A DNA stretch of 64,000 nucleotides from Oceanispirochaeta sp. (GCA_963666275.2 CAXXOA010000002.1:448001-512000); one strand, 5' to 3'. Positions 10,036-22,094 are shown, counted from the first letter of the stretch. Made by a program: numbers and translations. The notes: generated from the letters alone by a model not told the origin.

Positions 10036-11225
10036 TTTTTTTTTTTTACCTCTTGCTGCACAGCAGACACCTGGGGGCCTGCAGCTCCCAGCTGTTCTTT
10101 CATCCTGCCGAGTTCGCCAAGAAGTTCTTTTGAATCTATATGATACCTTATAGAAGAGAGCCTGCTTAAAAGAAGCTCCAGCTCAAACCGCGGATTGATG
10201 GAGTACCGGATATCCCGGAATAACTGTAGAACCTCTTCCAGAGCCCATTCCACCTGATAGGCATTCAGATTCTCCAGAACGGAAGATTCAAATCTGTCAG
10301 GAGTATATCCCAGAAGGGATTCTTTTTTGACTCCGTGAAAAATAAATAGAATATTTCTGAAATACTCGGCCAGATCTATTATAAACTGCTCGATTGAAAC
10401 GCCGCTGCTGATGATCTCATCAAAATTCTCCAGAGCTTCTTCCGGTTTTTCCTCTACAAGAAGTTTCATAAGACTGTTGAGCTGATCCAGACCGATAAGA
10501 CCTAGCTTTTCCTGGATCTTATCCAGAGAAATATAGCCATCCGAAAAGGAGGCGATCTGGTCATAAAGGGTATAGGCATCACGGACAGATCCTGTTGATT
10601 CCCTGGCTATCCAGTAGAGGGCATCATCATCAAACTTGATTTCAAGCTCTTTACAGACGTTTTCCAGAAGCCTTTTGATCTCATTGATATCAATCAGTCT
10701 GAAATTGAACTGCTGACACCGGGACCGGATGGTGGCGGGAACCTTGTGTATTTCCGTGGTGGCAAATATAAAAATGATATAGGGAGGCGGTTCCTCTATG
10801 GTTTTCAGCAGCGCATTAAAAGCACTGTTGGAAAGCATGTGAACCTCATCAATTATATAAATCTTATACTTGGAACTGTTCGGGCTGAAAAGGACTTCAT
10901 CCTTGATCTCCCTTATATCGTTGACACCGGTATTGGAGGCTCCATCTATTTCTATTACATCCAATGAGTTTCCACGGGCAATTTCCCTGCAGTTGGGACA
11001 GACACCGCAGGGTGTAATTGTCGGTCCCTCTACACAGTTAAGGGAACGCGCCAGGATCCTGGCTGAGGATGTCTTTCCTACACCCCTGGGACCGGAAAAG
11101 AGATAGGCATGGGCAATCCTGCCGTTTTCGATAGAATTTTTCAGTGTTGCGACAACAAAATCCTGACCAGTAAGTTCTATCAGAGACTGGGGTCTTTTTC
11201 GGGATGCGGTTACTTCGTAATCCAT
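10032..11225 (-). CDS. dnaX: DNA polymerase III gamma/tau subunit, N-terminal AAA+ and collar domains (gamma-sized product, 397 aa)
   Basis: HAYLFSGPRGVGKTS, C4 zinc module, IIDEVHML, NALLKTIEEPP and SRC motifs. The frame stops at AAC TGA right after the A12 run. Confidence 0.97.
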   Translation of the reverse strand: MDYEVTASRKRPQSLIELTGQDFVVATLKNSIENGRIAHAYLFSGPRGVGKTSSARILARSLNCVEGPTITPCGVCPNCREIARGNSLDVIEIDGASNTGVNDIREIKDEVLFSPNSSKYKIYIIDEVHMLSNSAFNALLKTIEEPPPYIIFIFATTEIHKVPATIRSRCQQFNFRLIDINEIKRLLENVCKELEIKFDDDALYWIARESTGSVRDAYTLYDQIASFSDGYISLDKIQEKLGLIGLDQLNSLMKLLVEEKPEEALENFDEIISSGVSIEQFIIDLAEYFRNILFIFHGVKKESLLGYTPDRFESSVLENLNAYQVEWALEEVLQLFRDIRYSINPRFELELLLSRLSSIRYHIDSKELLGELGRMKEQLGAAGPQVSAVQQEVKKKN

Positions 11226-11284
11226 AGATCTGCAGTATACAGGAAAGAGGGGGGAGTCATCAAGATTTGATTATAAATGAAAAT

Positions 11285-11407
11285 CCCCTCAGCTCCACCC
11301 AAGTAACCTATGGCACATCAAACAATCGCTTACGGCTGCTATCTTCCGATCCTGACCGGGTTGGGCGACGTTCAATTGCATAGAACCTGGATATCAACAC
11401 TGAAGGG
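11285..11407 (-). ncRNA. ffs: Signal recognition particle RNA (small bacterial SRP/4.5S)
   Basis: The minus strand has the conserved helix-8 core CCGGTCAGGATCGGAAGATAGCAGCCG, and the termini pair (CCCTTCAG...CTGAGGGG). It lies directly upstream of dnaX-ybaB-recR. Ends are approximate. Confidence 0.9.
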
Positions 11408-11412
11408 AAAAA

Positions 11413-11501
<89 letters not shown>

Positions 11502-11557
11502 AAAAAAAATATTACTGTTACACCGGGATATCCGGTTTCCCATAAAAAAGCAGGGAA

Positions 11558-11631
11558 TATGCCCAAGAGGATTCGAACCTCTGACCCTCAGTTCCGCAAA
11601 CTGATGCTCTATCCATCTGAGCTATGGGCAC
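11558..11631 (-). tRNA. tRNA-Arg(GCG)
   Basis: GTGCCCATAGCTCAGATGGATAGAGC, anticodon arm TCAGT-TTGCGGA-ACTGA, GGTTCGAATCC, TGGGCAT-A. Confidence 0.95.
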
Positions 11632-11636
11632 GTGTA

Positions 11637-11723
11637 CGGAGAGGGAGGGATTTGAACCCTCGGTACGGTTACCCGTACAACACCTTAGCAGGGTGCCACC
11701 TTCGGCCACTCGGTCACCTCTCC
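11637..11723 (-). tRNA. tRNA-Ser(GCT)
   Basis: Anticodon arm GCACC-CTGCTAA-GGTGT, long variable arm, GGTTCAAATCC. Confidence 0.96.
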
Positions 11724-11769
11724 TGGTTGTGTCCGCTCCCAACAGGAATTCCTGTTTTTAACGAACTTA

Positions 11770-11854
11770 CGGAGAGGGTGGGATTCGAACCCACGGTAGG
11801 TCTCCCTACGCTGGTTTTCAAGACCAGATCCTTCGACCGCTCGGACACCTCTCC
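11770..11854 (-). tRNA. tRNA-Ser(TGA)
   Basis: Anticodon arm CTGGT-CTTGAAA-ACCAG, long variable arm, GGTTCGAATCC. Confidence 0.96.
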
Positions 11855-11867
11855 TAAACCGTACGTA

Positions 11868-11896
11868 AAAATATCGTAACAGCAGATATTTGTCAA
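11868..11896 (-). promoter_or_regulatory. Sigma-70 promoter of the tRNA/SRP operon
   Basis: TTGACA-N17-TATTTT on the minus strand, 13 nt before tRNA-Ser(TGA). Confidence 0.7.
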
Positions 11897-11966
11897 GACA
11901 TGGAAAATACAATTCCTTCTAAGCCATAATTGCAGGAAATAATAGGGAATAAAACGAAATAATTTA

Positions 11967-11994
11967 TTGCTTCACAATTTTTTATTGTTATAAT
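11967..11994 (+). promoter_or_regulatory. Sigma-70 extended -10 promoter for the DUF4954 gene (leaderless candidate)
   Basis: TTGCTT-N16-TATAAT with TGn extension, 6 nt before ATG 12001, and no SD. Confidence 0.6.
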
Positions 11995-12000
11995 AGCCCT

Positions 12001-14151
12001 ATGAATATTATTGAAAAGAAGCCGCTTGATAAAATCGGATACAATTTTATAGATCCCTCCTATATTCCCCGGGGAGAAGACGAATATTATCTCCGGAAAA
12101 CACAGCAGGATCCGGACAAAATATACAGGAAACTGACAGAACAGGAAATTCAGACCCTGGAGGACAATGGGAATACTGCAGATGCCTGGGAGACCATGCT
12201 TGTTACGGAGAATTTCAATCCTCAGCTTGTGAGAAATAACTCCTTTTACGGCAAAATCCGCATGGGTGACCTGGAAAGCGTCTATTTGAGTTTCCATGAT
12301 ATAAGGCAGCCCGTTGGAATATACAACTCCACCATAATATCCTGTGATTTAGGTTCAAATGTCTCTATCAGGAACATTAAGCTCCTTTCCCATTATATAA
12401 TCAGGAATGAAGCCATCCTCCAGAATGTGGATGAGATGGTCACCACCAGTTATGCAAAATTCGGTAATGGTATTATCAAAGAGGGAGAAAAAGAGGAAAT
12501 TCGCATCTGGATAGAAACAGCGAACGAAAATGGAGGCCGCAGTATAATCCCTTTCAACAGCATGCGCAGCGGTGATGCCTGGCTGTGGTCCCGTTTCAGA
12601 GGCCGTAGGGATCTAATGAATGCCTTCAGGGAAATGACCCAGAAAGAAGAGGATAACCGGAGAGGCTTTTACGGCACCATAGGTTCCAGGGCCATTATAA
12701 AGCACTGCCGAATACTGAAAGATGTCCATGTCGGGAGCGATGCCTATATAAAAGGGGCCAATAAATTAAAAAACCTGACAATCAACAGTAATTCAGAATC
12801 CCCCACGCAGATCGGAGAGGGCGTTGAGCTTGTAAACGGTATAATAGGCTTCGGTTGCCGCATATTCTACGGGGTAAAAGCTGTTCGCTTTATTTTGGAC
12901 GACTATTCCAATCTCAAATACGGCGCCCGCCTGATTAACTCCTTTCTGGGAAGCAATTCCACCATTTCCTGCTGCGAAGTTCTGAACTCTCTTATCTTTC
13001 CCGGGCATGAACAGCACCACAACAGTTCTTTTCTCTGTGCAGCCACAGTTCAGGGCCAGAGCAATCTGGCTTCGGGAGCGACAATCGGTTCCAATCACAA
13101 CTCCAGGGGCAATGATGGTGAAATAATAGCAGGAAGAGGTTTCTGGCCAGGTTTGAATACAAGCCTGAAGCATAACTGCCTCTTCAGTTCCTTCAATCTT
13201 CTTGTAAAAGGGTCCTATCCTTCGGAGATTTACAATCCCCTGCCCTTTTCCCTCCTTTCCACTACAGAAGAAACACTCAATATATTTCCAGCCTACTGGT
13301 TCGGCTACAATATGTACGCTCTGGCAAGAAATTCCTGGAAATACTGCGAGAGAGACAAAAGGAAAGACAAACATCAGCACCTAGAGTTTCACTATCTGGC
13401 TCCTGATACCGTGAATGAAATGTTTCAGGCCCGAACCATACTGGAAGAATTGGTCTCTCAATCCGGTTTGTATCCGGACAGCTCTCCATCTATGTTCCTC
13501 TCAGAAGGCAGGGTTCCAGAGCTTTATGCGGATCATTTTGAAAACGGGCGCAGACAGGTACGGATATTAAAGCCTTCACAGGCCTATAATCTTTATGGAG
13601 ACTTTATTCTCTACTATGGTGTCATGAACATTGTCGATTATCTGTCCAATTCAGGTCAGGACAGCAATGCGTTACTGCCTCTGCTGCACCAGTCCGGTTC
13701 ACCCCGATCAGAATGGATGAATGTGGGAGGTCAGCTTATTCCCCGGGAAGATATCAGCAGGCTGTTAGATGATATTGAATCTGGAACTATTCAGAGCTGG
13801 AAGGAAGTCCATGATTTTTACAGCATACAGTCGGAGGATTATAGCCGGAGAAAACTCATACATGCCTGTAAATCTTTAAAAGAGATTTTGAATCTCAGGA
13901 AAGCTGATGAAATTCTGGATCACTGGGATTCCATATCCGCAAAAGCAATAAAAGTTCAGCAATACATTTCCGAGAATACCAGAACATCCAGAGAGAAGGA
14001 CTATACAAATTTTTTCAGGATGATGACCTATACAGATACGGATGAAAGAGACTCCGTTCTTGGGAAACTGGAAGACAACAGTTTCATCCGTATTATGGAT
14101 CAGGAAACCAGGGATTTTAAGGAAAAAATTCAGCTGATCAGCCGGAAATGA
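12001..14151 (+). CDS. DUF4954 family protein (beta-helix-like repeats)
   Basis: 716 aa. Motifs RKLTEQEIQTLEDNGN, NENGGRSI, HHNSSFL and GATIGSNHNSR recall DUF4954. Confidence 0.7.
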   Translation: MNIIEKKPLDKIGYNFIDPSYIPRGEDEYYLRKTQQDPDKIYRKLTEQEIQTLEDNGNTADAWETMLVTENFNPQLVRNNSFYGKIRMGDLESVYLSFHDIRQPVGIYNSTIISCDLGSNVSIRNIKLLSHYIIRNEAILQNVDEMVTTSYAKFGNGIIKEGEKEEIRIWIETANENGGRSIIPFNSMRSGDAWLWSRFRGRRDLMNAFREMTQKEEDNRRGFYGTIGSRAIIKHCRILKDVHVGSDAYIKGANKLKNLTINSNSESPTQIGEGVELVNGIIGFGCRIFYGVKAVRFILDDYSNLKYGARLINSFLGSNSTISCCEVLNSLIFPGHEQHHNSSFLCAATVQGQSNLASGATIGSNHNSRGNDGEIIAGRGFWPGLNTSLKHNCLFSSFNLLVKGSYPSEIYNPLPFSLLSTTEETLNIFPAYWFGYNMYALARNSWKYCERDKRKDKHQHLEFHYLAPDTVNEMFQARTILEELVSQSGLYPDSSPSMFLSEGRVPELYADHFENGRRQVRILKPSQAYNLYGDFILYYGVMNIVDYLSNSGQDSNALLPLLHQSGSPRSEWMNVGGQLIPREDISRLLDDIESGTIQSWKEVHDFYSIQSEDYSRRKLIHACKSLKEILNLRKADEILDHWDSISAKAIKVQQYISENTRTSREKDYTNFFRMMTYTDTDERDSVLGKLEDNSFIRIMDQETRDFKEKIQLISRK

Positions 14152-15031
14152 TATCAAAAATCCGATCAAGATCATCTGCAGAAAAATAGGAGATCTCAAT
14201 TTTACCCTTTTTGAGATTTCCTTTTACCTGTACTTTCGTACCGAATCTATCGATGAATTTCTGCTCAATATTGAGAAGATCAGGTTCTTTATTCTTCAGA
14301 ACCTGTTTTTTTTCGGGTTTTTCAATGACTTTTTTTCCCTTATTGAGGTCTTCCACCATTCTTTCAGCTTCTCTTACCGTAAGGCCGTCATTTTTAATTC
14401 TTGAATGGAGAATTTTCTGATCTGCCGGATTTACACAGGCGAGGATAGCTCTGGCATGTCCCGAAGAAATTGTACCATCAGAAACAGATTCCTGAATATC
14501 CGCGGGAAGATTGAGGAGTCTCAGGCTGTTGGCAATAGTGGAGCGTTTCTTTCCCACCTTATCAGCCACTTCCTGCTGATTGAAACCCATGGCATCCATA
14601 ATATGGCGATAGGCCATGGCTTCTTCAATAGGAGAAAGATCCTCTCTCTGAATGTTTTCTATAAGAGCTATTTCCAGTTTTTCTTCTTCACTGAAGTCCC
14701 TTATGATAGCTGGTATGGAATCCATCCCTGCTATCCCGGACGCTCTGAATCTCCTCTCACCAGCTATAATAATGTAATGAGAGGCTCTCTGCTCTACAAT
14801 AATGGGCTGAATAACACCTTTGGACCTGATGGATTCAGCCAGCTCACGCAGTGATTCTTCAGAAAATATTTTTCTGGGCTGATCCGGATTTGTGAGGATA
14901 TCATCAAGGGGCAGCATCTGAATGGCATCCTGTATTTCAGGAGAAATACTCTGTTCATCAAAATTATCATCCAGACTTAAAAGGGCATCCAGACCCATAT
15001 TACCTAAAGCTTTTTTCTTAGACACGTTCAA
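14138..15031 (-). CDS. parB: Chromosome partitioning protein ParB/Spo0J
   Basis: NPDQPRK, IIAGERRFRA, ENIQREDL and an HTH (KKRSTIANSLRLL). Confidence 0.96.
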   Translation of the reverse strand: MNVSKKKALGNMGLDALLSLDDNFDEQSISPEIQDAIQMLPLDDILTNPDQPRKIFSEESLRELAESIRSKGVIQPIIVEQRASHYIIIAGERRFRASGIAGMDSIPAIIRDFSEEEKLEIALIENIQREDLSPIEEAMAYRHIMDAMGFNQQEVADKVGKKRSTIANSLRLLNLPADIQESVSDGTISSGHARAILACVNPADQKILHSRIKNDGLTVREAERMVEDLNKGKKVIEKPEKKQVLKNKEPDLLNIEQKFIDRFGTKVQVKGNLKKGKIEISYFSADDLDRIFDIISG

Positions 15032-15791
15032 GAACCTCGCGAGTTAATTTCTGATAGCATTTTGCCCCTATGCAATTCGGATCATAGAGATTGATGGGAA
15101 CACCATGGGAAGGAGCTTCAGATAATCGGATATTACGGGGAATAACAGTAGGGAAAAGGATCTCCGTATTCTGTTTGAATGAATCTCTCACACTTTTAAT
15201 CACTTCTTTCCCCAGATTCGTCCGGGAATCGTACATGGTAAAAATTATACCGCCGATTTTAAGATGAGGATTAAGATTCTTCTGTACCCTTTTTATTGTC
15301 ATGGAATACATGTATTTCAGACCTTCCAGAGCAAAATATTCACACTGGAGCGGTATTATTACATAATCGGAAGCTGTAAATCCATTGATGGTCAGAACAC
15401 CGAGAGAAGGAGGACAGTCAATCAGTATGTAGTCAAACTGACTTTTGACTGTCTCCAGAGTCTTCCCCAGCACATTGAGTGAATCTTTCTTATCCCCTTT
15501 ATTCAGCTCTACTGTTGCTCCTGAAAGATTCAGATTGGAGGAAACAATAAATAAACCTTCCTGAGGTGTTTTTCTAATTGTTTTTTCCAGGGAAATCTGG
15601 CCCATGATTGCTTCATATATGCCTTCATCGTTGCTGGAAATACCTAGACTGCTGGAGAGATTTCCCTGAGGATCAAAATCTACAAGGAGAACTTTTTTCC
15701 CCATTTCAGCCATATATGCACCAATATTAACCGTCGTTGTTGTTTTACCGACGCCGCCTTTCTGATTGGCAAAAACGATTACTTTGCTCAT
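15018..15791 (-). CDS. parA: Chromosome partitioning ATPase ParA/Soj
   Basis: NQKGGVGKTTT, DFDPQGN, IDCPPSLG and IPRNIRLSEAPSHG. Start reassigned to ATG 15791 (MSKVIVF), which follows GTGACA-N17-TATAAT. Confidence 0.96.
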   Translation of the reverse strand: MSKVIVFANQKGGVGKTTTTVNIGAYMAEMGKKVLLVDFDPQGNLSSSLGISSNDEGIYEAIMGQISLEKTIRKTPQEGLFIVSSNLNLSGATVELNKGDKKDSLNVLGKTLETVKSQFDYILIDCPPSLGVLTINGFTASDYVIIPLQCEYFALEGLKYMYSMTIKRVQKNLNPHLKIGGIIFTMYDSRTNLGKEVIKSVRDSFKQNTEILFPTVIPRNIRLSEAPSHGVPINLYDPNCIGAKCYQKLTREVLERV

Positions 15792-15927
15792 AGGCTGAAT
15801 TATATCCGAACACGTATTTCTTGTCACTTCAATTGATTAATGTTGACCAAGATCTTTAATTTATTTATTTTGAAATAATAATTTTATCAGGATTTAAAAA
15901 TTCTGCTTAAACTTCCAGGAGATTTTT

Positions 15928-16152
15928 ATGATTAAAGAACAGGTAGAGAAAGCACTGGATGAAGTAAGACCTTCATTGCAGGCTGACGGTGGGGATATAG
16001 AACTTGTCGAAGTAAAAGAAGACGGTACTGTAATGGTTAAACTCAAAGGCGCCTGCAGCGGCTGTCCAATGTCCCAGATGACTCTTAAACAGGGTGTTGA
16101 AGCCTATTTGAAAAAACAGATTCCAGAAGTTTCCTCTGTTGAATCCGTCTAG
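15928..16152 (+). CDS. NifU/Nfu-type Fe-S cluster scaffold domain protein
   Basis: [27 protein letters not shown]. Confidence 0.93.
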   Translation: MIKEQVEKALDEVRPSLQADGGDIELVEVKEDGTVMVKLKGACSGCPMSQMTLKQGVEAYLKKQIPEVSSVESV

Positions 16153-16225
16153 TTAATTATTTTTAAGGCACTATGTTCCGATAATGAAATAAGCTTGATT
16201 TTTTTAAATAATGCTTTAAATTTCT

Positions 16226-16256
16226 AGTTAAAGTCCGATATTCTCGGACTTTAACT
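16226..16256. repeat. Perfect 13-bp inverted repeat upstream of the adenosine deaminase gene
   Basis: AGTTAAAGTCCGA-tattc-TCGGACTTTAACT. Confidence 0.85.
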
Positions 16257-16272
16257 GAAACAAGGAACTAAA

Positions 16273-17352
16273 ATGAGTGCATCAAACAATCTTAGTTTCT
16301 CTAAATCCTTATTAGATAAAGATTTATTATATAATTTCCCTAAAATTGAATTACATAGACATCTTGAGGGAACCTTTGACCTTCCTACTTTATTTGAAAT
16401 TGCCAGAAAGAATGAGCTTGATACACCCGGAGACTTTGAATCATTTAAAGCCTACTGTCAGTTTCCCCTGCATCATAAACCTGATTTTCTTCTCTTTCTG
16501 GATAAATTCCATAACAACTGGTATAAATCCCTGGATGATGTATACGAAATTGTCTACAACTCAGTTAAAAAGATTAAGAAAGAGGGACTTTTTTATATTG
16601 AACTCAGATTTTCCCCTGAACATTTCGCTCTGGTGAATAATTTTGACAGAATAGAAGTTACAAAGATCATTCTCAGGGCAGCACAAAAAGCGGCAAAAGA
16701 GACAGATCTTCTGATTAAATATCTGATAACTTTCAACAGAAGTAAGCAGACACAGGAAGAGATGTTCGAATTATATAAAAAAATTCTGGATGGAGATTTT
16801 CCTGAAATTCTGGGAGTAGATCTGGCTGGAGATGAAACAAACTATCCTCCTGAATTATTCAGCGGTTTTTTTACCGAAGTTAACAGGATAGGTCTACATA
16901 AAATTGATATTCATGCCGGTGAGATCTGTGATTCTCAACAGATATGGACTGCAATCAATGATCTCCATGCGGATAGAATTGGTCACGGAATATCTTCCTT
17001 TTATGATAAAGTTCTACAGAAGGAACTCATTGATAGGCAGATAAGCCTGGCACAGTGTCTCATTTCCAATTACCAGACAAATGCCTGGGCAGACTCGCAA
17101 AATCATCCCATCGGATACAATTTTAGAAATAATATCCCTGTCTCAATCAATTCAGATGATCCTACTATTCAAAATGCAGATCTTGTAGAAGATTATTATA
17201 AAGTAGTAGAGTATTTAAATTTTTCATTTGAAGATCTGGTTCAGATCAATAGCAATACGATTGATTATTCCTTCCTGAATTCTTATGAAAAAGAAACAAT
17301 GAAGAATAGCTATAAAGAGGAAGTTGATAGGTTCATCAGAAAGAACTCCTGA
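16273..17352 (+). CDS. add: Adenosine/adenine deaminase (amidohydrolase TIM-barrel)
   Basis: PKIELHRHLEG, YIELRFSP, GVDLAGDE, HAGE, RIGHG and INSDDP. Confidence 0.85.
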   Translation: MSASNNLSFSKSLLDKDLLYNFPKIELHRHLEGTFDLPTLFEIARKNELDTPGDFESFKAYCQFPLHHKPDFLLFLDKFHNNWYKSLDDVYEIVYNSVKKIKKEGLFYIELRFSPEHFALVNNFDRIEVTKIILRAAQKAAKETDLLIKYLITFNRSKQTQEEMFELYKKILDGDFPEILGVDLAGDETNYPPELFSGFFTEVNRIGLHKIDIHAGEICDSQQIWTAINDLHADRIGHGISSFYDKVLQKELIDRQISLAQCLISNYQTNAWADSQNHPIGYNFRNNIPVSINSDDPTIQNADLVEDYYKVVEYLNFSFEDLVQINSNTIDYSFLNSYEKETMKNSYKEEVDRFIRKNS

Positions 17353-17353
17353 T

Positions 17354-17481
17354 TTATCCACAACTTATCCTTTTTTTTCTTTTAAAATATCTTTTCAGCA
17401 ATTCTATTATTATTCAGGATTTATTTCCTCAAAAGCAGATACAAATCTATCAGATTGGATTTTATCCACAGGTTATCCTCA
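17354..17481 (+). promoter_or_regulatory. Satellite DnaA-box cluster (left)
   Basis: Perfect TTATCCACA at 17354 and 17462, each followed 2 nt later by a degenerate box (TTATCCTTT 17365, TTATCCTCA 17473). Confidence 0.7.
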
Positions 17482-17499
17482 TTGGAAAGGATAAAAGAA

Positions 17500-17515
17500 T
17501 GTTTCACGTGAAACA
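17500..17515. promoter_or_regulatory. parS: parS site 1
   Basis: Perfect palindrome TGTTTCACGTGAAACA. Confidence 0.95.
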
Positions 17516-17533
17516 TTTTAATATTCCTGAGAT

Positions 17534-17560
17534 AAAAAAAACTGCCTGTTAAACAGACAG
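17534..17560 (-). terminator. Intrinsic terminator for gyrB-gyrA, lying between the two parS sites
   Basis: Minus strand CTGTCTGT-tta-ACAGGCAG-T8. Confidence 0.7.
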
Positions 17561-17570
17561 CTTTTCTGAT

Positions 17571-17586
17571 TGTTTCACGTGAAACA
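17571..17586. promoter_or_regulatory. parS: parS site 2
   Basis: Perfect palindrome TGTTTCACGTGAAACA, 4 nt past the gyrA stop codon. Confidence 0.95.
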
Positions 17587-17590
17587 TTCT

Positions 17591-20044
17591 CTATTCTTCC
17601 AGTGGGGTGTCGTCCTCATCTTCTTCCTGAGTGACTGCAACACCGATAACTGAGTCACTATCATTAAGATTGACAATTCTCACTCCAAAAGCATTCCTTC
17701 CAATCACTGAAATGTTCTCAATTTTCAGCTTGATAGCTTTCCCAAGCGAAGTTATGGAAATGATGGAATCACTTTCATTAACAGACAGGGCTGCAATAAG
17801 CTTTCCCGATTTTTCATTAATGTTGTAGGCTTTCTGTCCCTGTGTTCCCCTTCCGTGTGGATGGAAATCATCAAAGTTGGTTCTTTTACCGTATCCATAC
17901 TCAGAAAGAAGGAATAACTGCTGATCTTCCGTTACAGAAGCCACACCAACAAGGATATCATCATCGGACAATTTTATTCCCCGAACACCATGAGAATTTC
18001 TTCCCATGCAGCGAACACTATTCTCACTTACCCTCAGACCTTTCCCATTCCTTGTAATTAACATCACATCGCTGTTGCCGTCTGTAAGTTTTGCAGAAAT
18101 AAGATGATCGTCTTCATCTAGATTTATAGCTATAATTCCCCTGGTTTTGGCATTTCTGAAATCATGGGTGGTAACTCTTTTTACAACACCCATTTTGGTT
18201 GCCATGAAAAGGAAAGTTTCCTCATTGAAATCCTCAAGAGGGGCCATGGCTGTGATTTCTTCATCCGGAGCAAATTCAAACATGGTTTTAAGATGTTTTC
18301 CTCTGGATGCTCTGGAACCTTCGGGTATCTCATAGACTTTCAACCAGTAGGCTTTGCCTTCACTTGTCACAAAAAGAATATAACTATGTGTGGAGGCTAT
18401 AAAGATATGCTCTATAAAGTCGCCGTCTTTAAGGGTAGCCGAAGAGGATCCCTTTCCACCTCTTCCCTGCTCTTTATATGCCGATACAGGAATCCTTTTA
18501 ATAAAACCTCTGTTGGAGATAAGGACGACCATTTCTTCTTTTTCAATAAGATCTTCGATATTCATAGATCCTATTTCTTCCGGTCGAATTTCTGTTCTTC
18601 TCTCATCTCCGTACTTTTCGGATAGTTCTATCGTTTCTTCTTTGACAACACCCAGAATCTTCTCTTCATGGGCAAGAAGATCTTCCAGATAGTCGATATA
18701 CTTCAGTATTTCCTGAAGTTCATCCAGAATTTTCTGAGTTTCAAGACTGGTAAGCTTCTGAAGTCGCATATCCAGAATAGCCTGAGCCTGGACTTCGGAA
18801 AAATCGAATCTTTCCATCAGGTTTGCTCTGGCCATATTCACATTGCTGGATTTTTTTATTATCTCAACAACTTCATCAATATTCTCAAGAGCTATTTTCA
18901 AACCTTCCAGAATATGGGCTCTGGCTTTTGCCTTTTTCAACTCATATTCTGAACGTCTTCGGATAACAATCTGTCTGTGCTTGATAAAATGGTGCAAAAG
19001 CATCTTCAAGTTGCACAGTTTAGGCATTCCATTTATAAGAGCCAGATTATTTACATTGAAGTTGACCTGGAGATTTGTATGAGCAAAGAGAAGATTCAGT
19101 ACAACCTTGGGTGAAACTGATCTTTTCAGTTCCATCACAATCCGCATACCATTTCTGTCTGACTCATCCCTTAAATCGGAAATACCTTCAATTTTTTTAT
19201 CTTTTATAAGTTCAGCAATGCGGATAATGAGATTTGCCTTATTAACCATATAAGGAAGTTCTGTAACTATTATCGCATCTTTTTCAGCTGTCATCTCTTC
19301 CAGATAATATTTGGCTCGAACAGTTATTTTTCCCCGTCCTGTTTCAGCTGCCTGTCGGATTCCGGTTTTACCGAATATCACACCTGCCGTTGGGAAATCG
19401 GGCCCTTTTATATACTCAAGAAGTTCTTCTGTAGTGATTTCAGGATTATCAATCATGGCATTGATGGCATGACAGGTTTCTTTCAGGTTGTGTGGAGGCA
19501 TATTGGTTGCCATACCTACGGCAATACCACTGGCTCCATTTACAAGCAGCATGGGAAAGGCTGTAGGTAGGACCAGAGGTTCCTTCATGGAATCGTCGTA
19601 GTTAGGGCCGAAATCGATGGTATCTTTTTTGATATCCATCAGAATAGCTTCTGCTATTTTTGCCAGCCTCGCCTCGGTGTAACGCATAGCTGCCGGGGGA
19701 TCGCCGTCGACAGAACCGAAGTTTCCCTGTCCCTGAACAACAGGAACTCGTAAGGAGAAGTCCTGTGCCAGACGTACAAGAGCATCATAGATAGACTGAT
19801 CTCCATGAGGATGGAATTTACCGAGTACATCACCCACAATACGACCACATTTTTTATATGGCCTGTCATTTCTCAATCCCATCTCACTCATAGAATATAA
19901 AATTCTTCTATGAACCGGCTTTAAACCATCCCTTACATCAGGCAGAGCCCTGCTGACAATAACTGACATGGCATAATTCAGATAGGATTCTTTTACTTCA
20001 TCTTCAATGGCAATTGGGATTATCTTTCCGGATTGATCCTGCAC
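17591..20044 (-). CDS. gyrA: DNA gyrase subunit A
   Basis: [28 protein letters not shown] active site and GyrA box QGRGGKG. GTG start. Confidence 0.98.
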   Translation of the reverse strand: MQDQSGKIIPIAIEDEVKESYLNYAMSVIVSRALPDVRDGLKPVHRRILYSMSEMGLRNDRPYKKCGRIVGDVLGKFHPHGDQSIYDALVRLAQDFSLRVPVVQGQGNFGSVDGDPPAAMRYTEARLAKIAEAILMDIKKDTIDFGPNYDDSMKEPLVLPTAFPMLLVNGASGIAVGMATNMPPHNLKETCHAINAMIDNPEITTEELLEYIKGPDFPTAGVIFGKTGIRQAAETGRGKITVRAKYYLEEMTAEKDAIIVTELPYMVNKANLIIRIAELIKDKKIEGISDLRDESDRNGMRIVMELKRSVSPKVVLNLLFAHTNLQVNFNVNNLALINGMPKLCNLKMLLHHFIKHRQIVIRRRSEYELKKAKARAHILEGLKIALENIDEVVEIIKKSSNVNMARANLMERFDFSEVQAQAILDMRLQKLTSLETQKILDELQEILKYIDYLEDLLAHEEKILGVVKEETIELSEKYGDERRTEIRPEEIGSMNIEDLIEKEEMVVLISNRGFIKRIPVSAYKEQGRGGKGSSSATLKDGDFIEHIFIASTHSYILFVTSEGKAYWLKVYEIPEGSRASRGKHLKTMFEFAPDEEITAMAPLEDFNEETFLFMATKMGVVKRVTTHDFRNAKTRGIIAINLDEDDHLISAKLTDGNSDVMLITRNGKGLRVSENSVRCMGRNSHGVRGIKLSDDDILVGVASVTEDQQLFLLSEYGYGKRTNFDDFHPHGRGTQGQKAYNINEKSGKLIAALSVNESDSIISITSLGKAIKLKIENISVIGRNAFGVRIVNLNDSDSVIGVAVTQEEDEDDTPLEE

Positions 20045-20062
20045 AATAAACTCCTAGAAAAC

Positions 20063-21979
<1,917 letters not shown>

Positions 21980-22094
21980 CTAAAAATTTGTTATTTGATA
22001 AGATAAATCAGTATATATTTGTGAGTTAAAAAAGTAAAGACAGTCACTCTCTTGTCATAAAAATCAATATTTCATAATATAGCTCCCATCCTGT

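Noticed and set aside
16170..16245. CCGATAA/CCGATAT motifs resembling sigma-28 -10 boxes (also near 49277)
   Set aside because: No TAAA -35 element at the required spacing.
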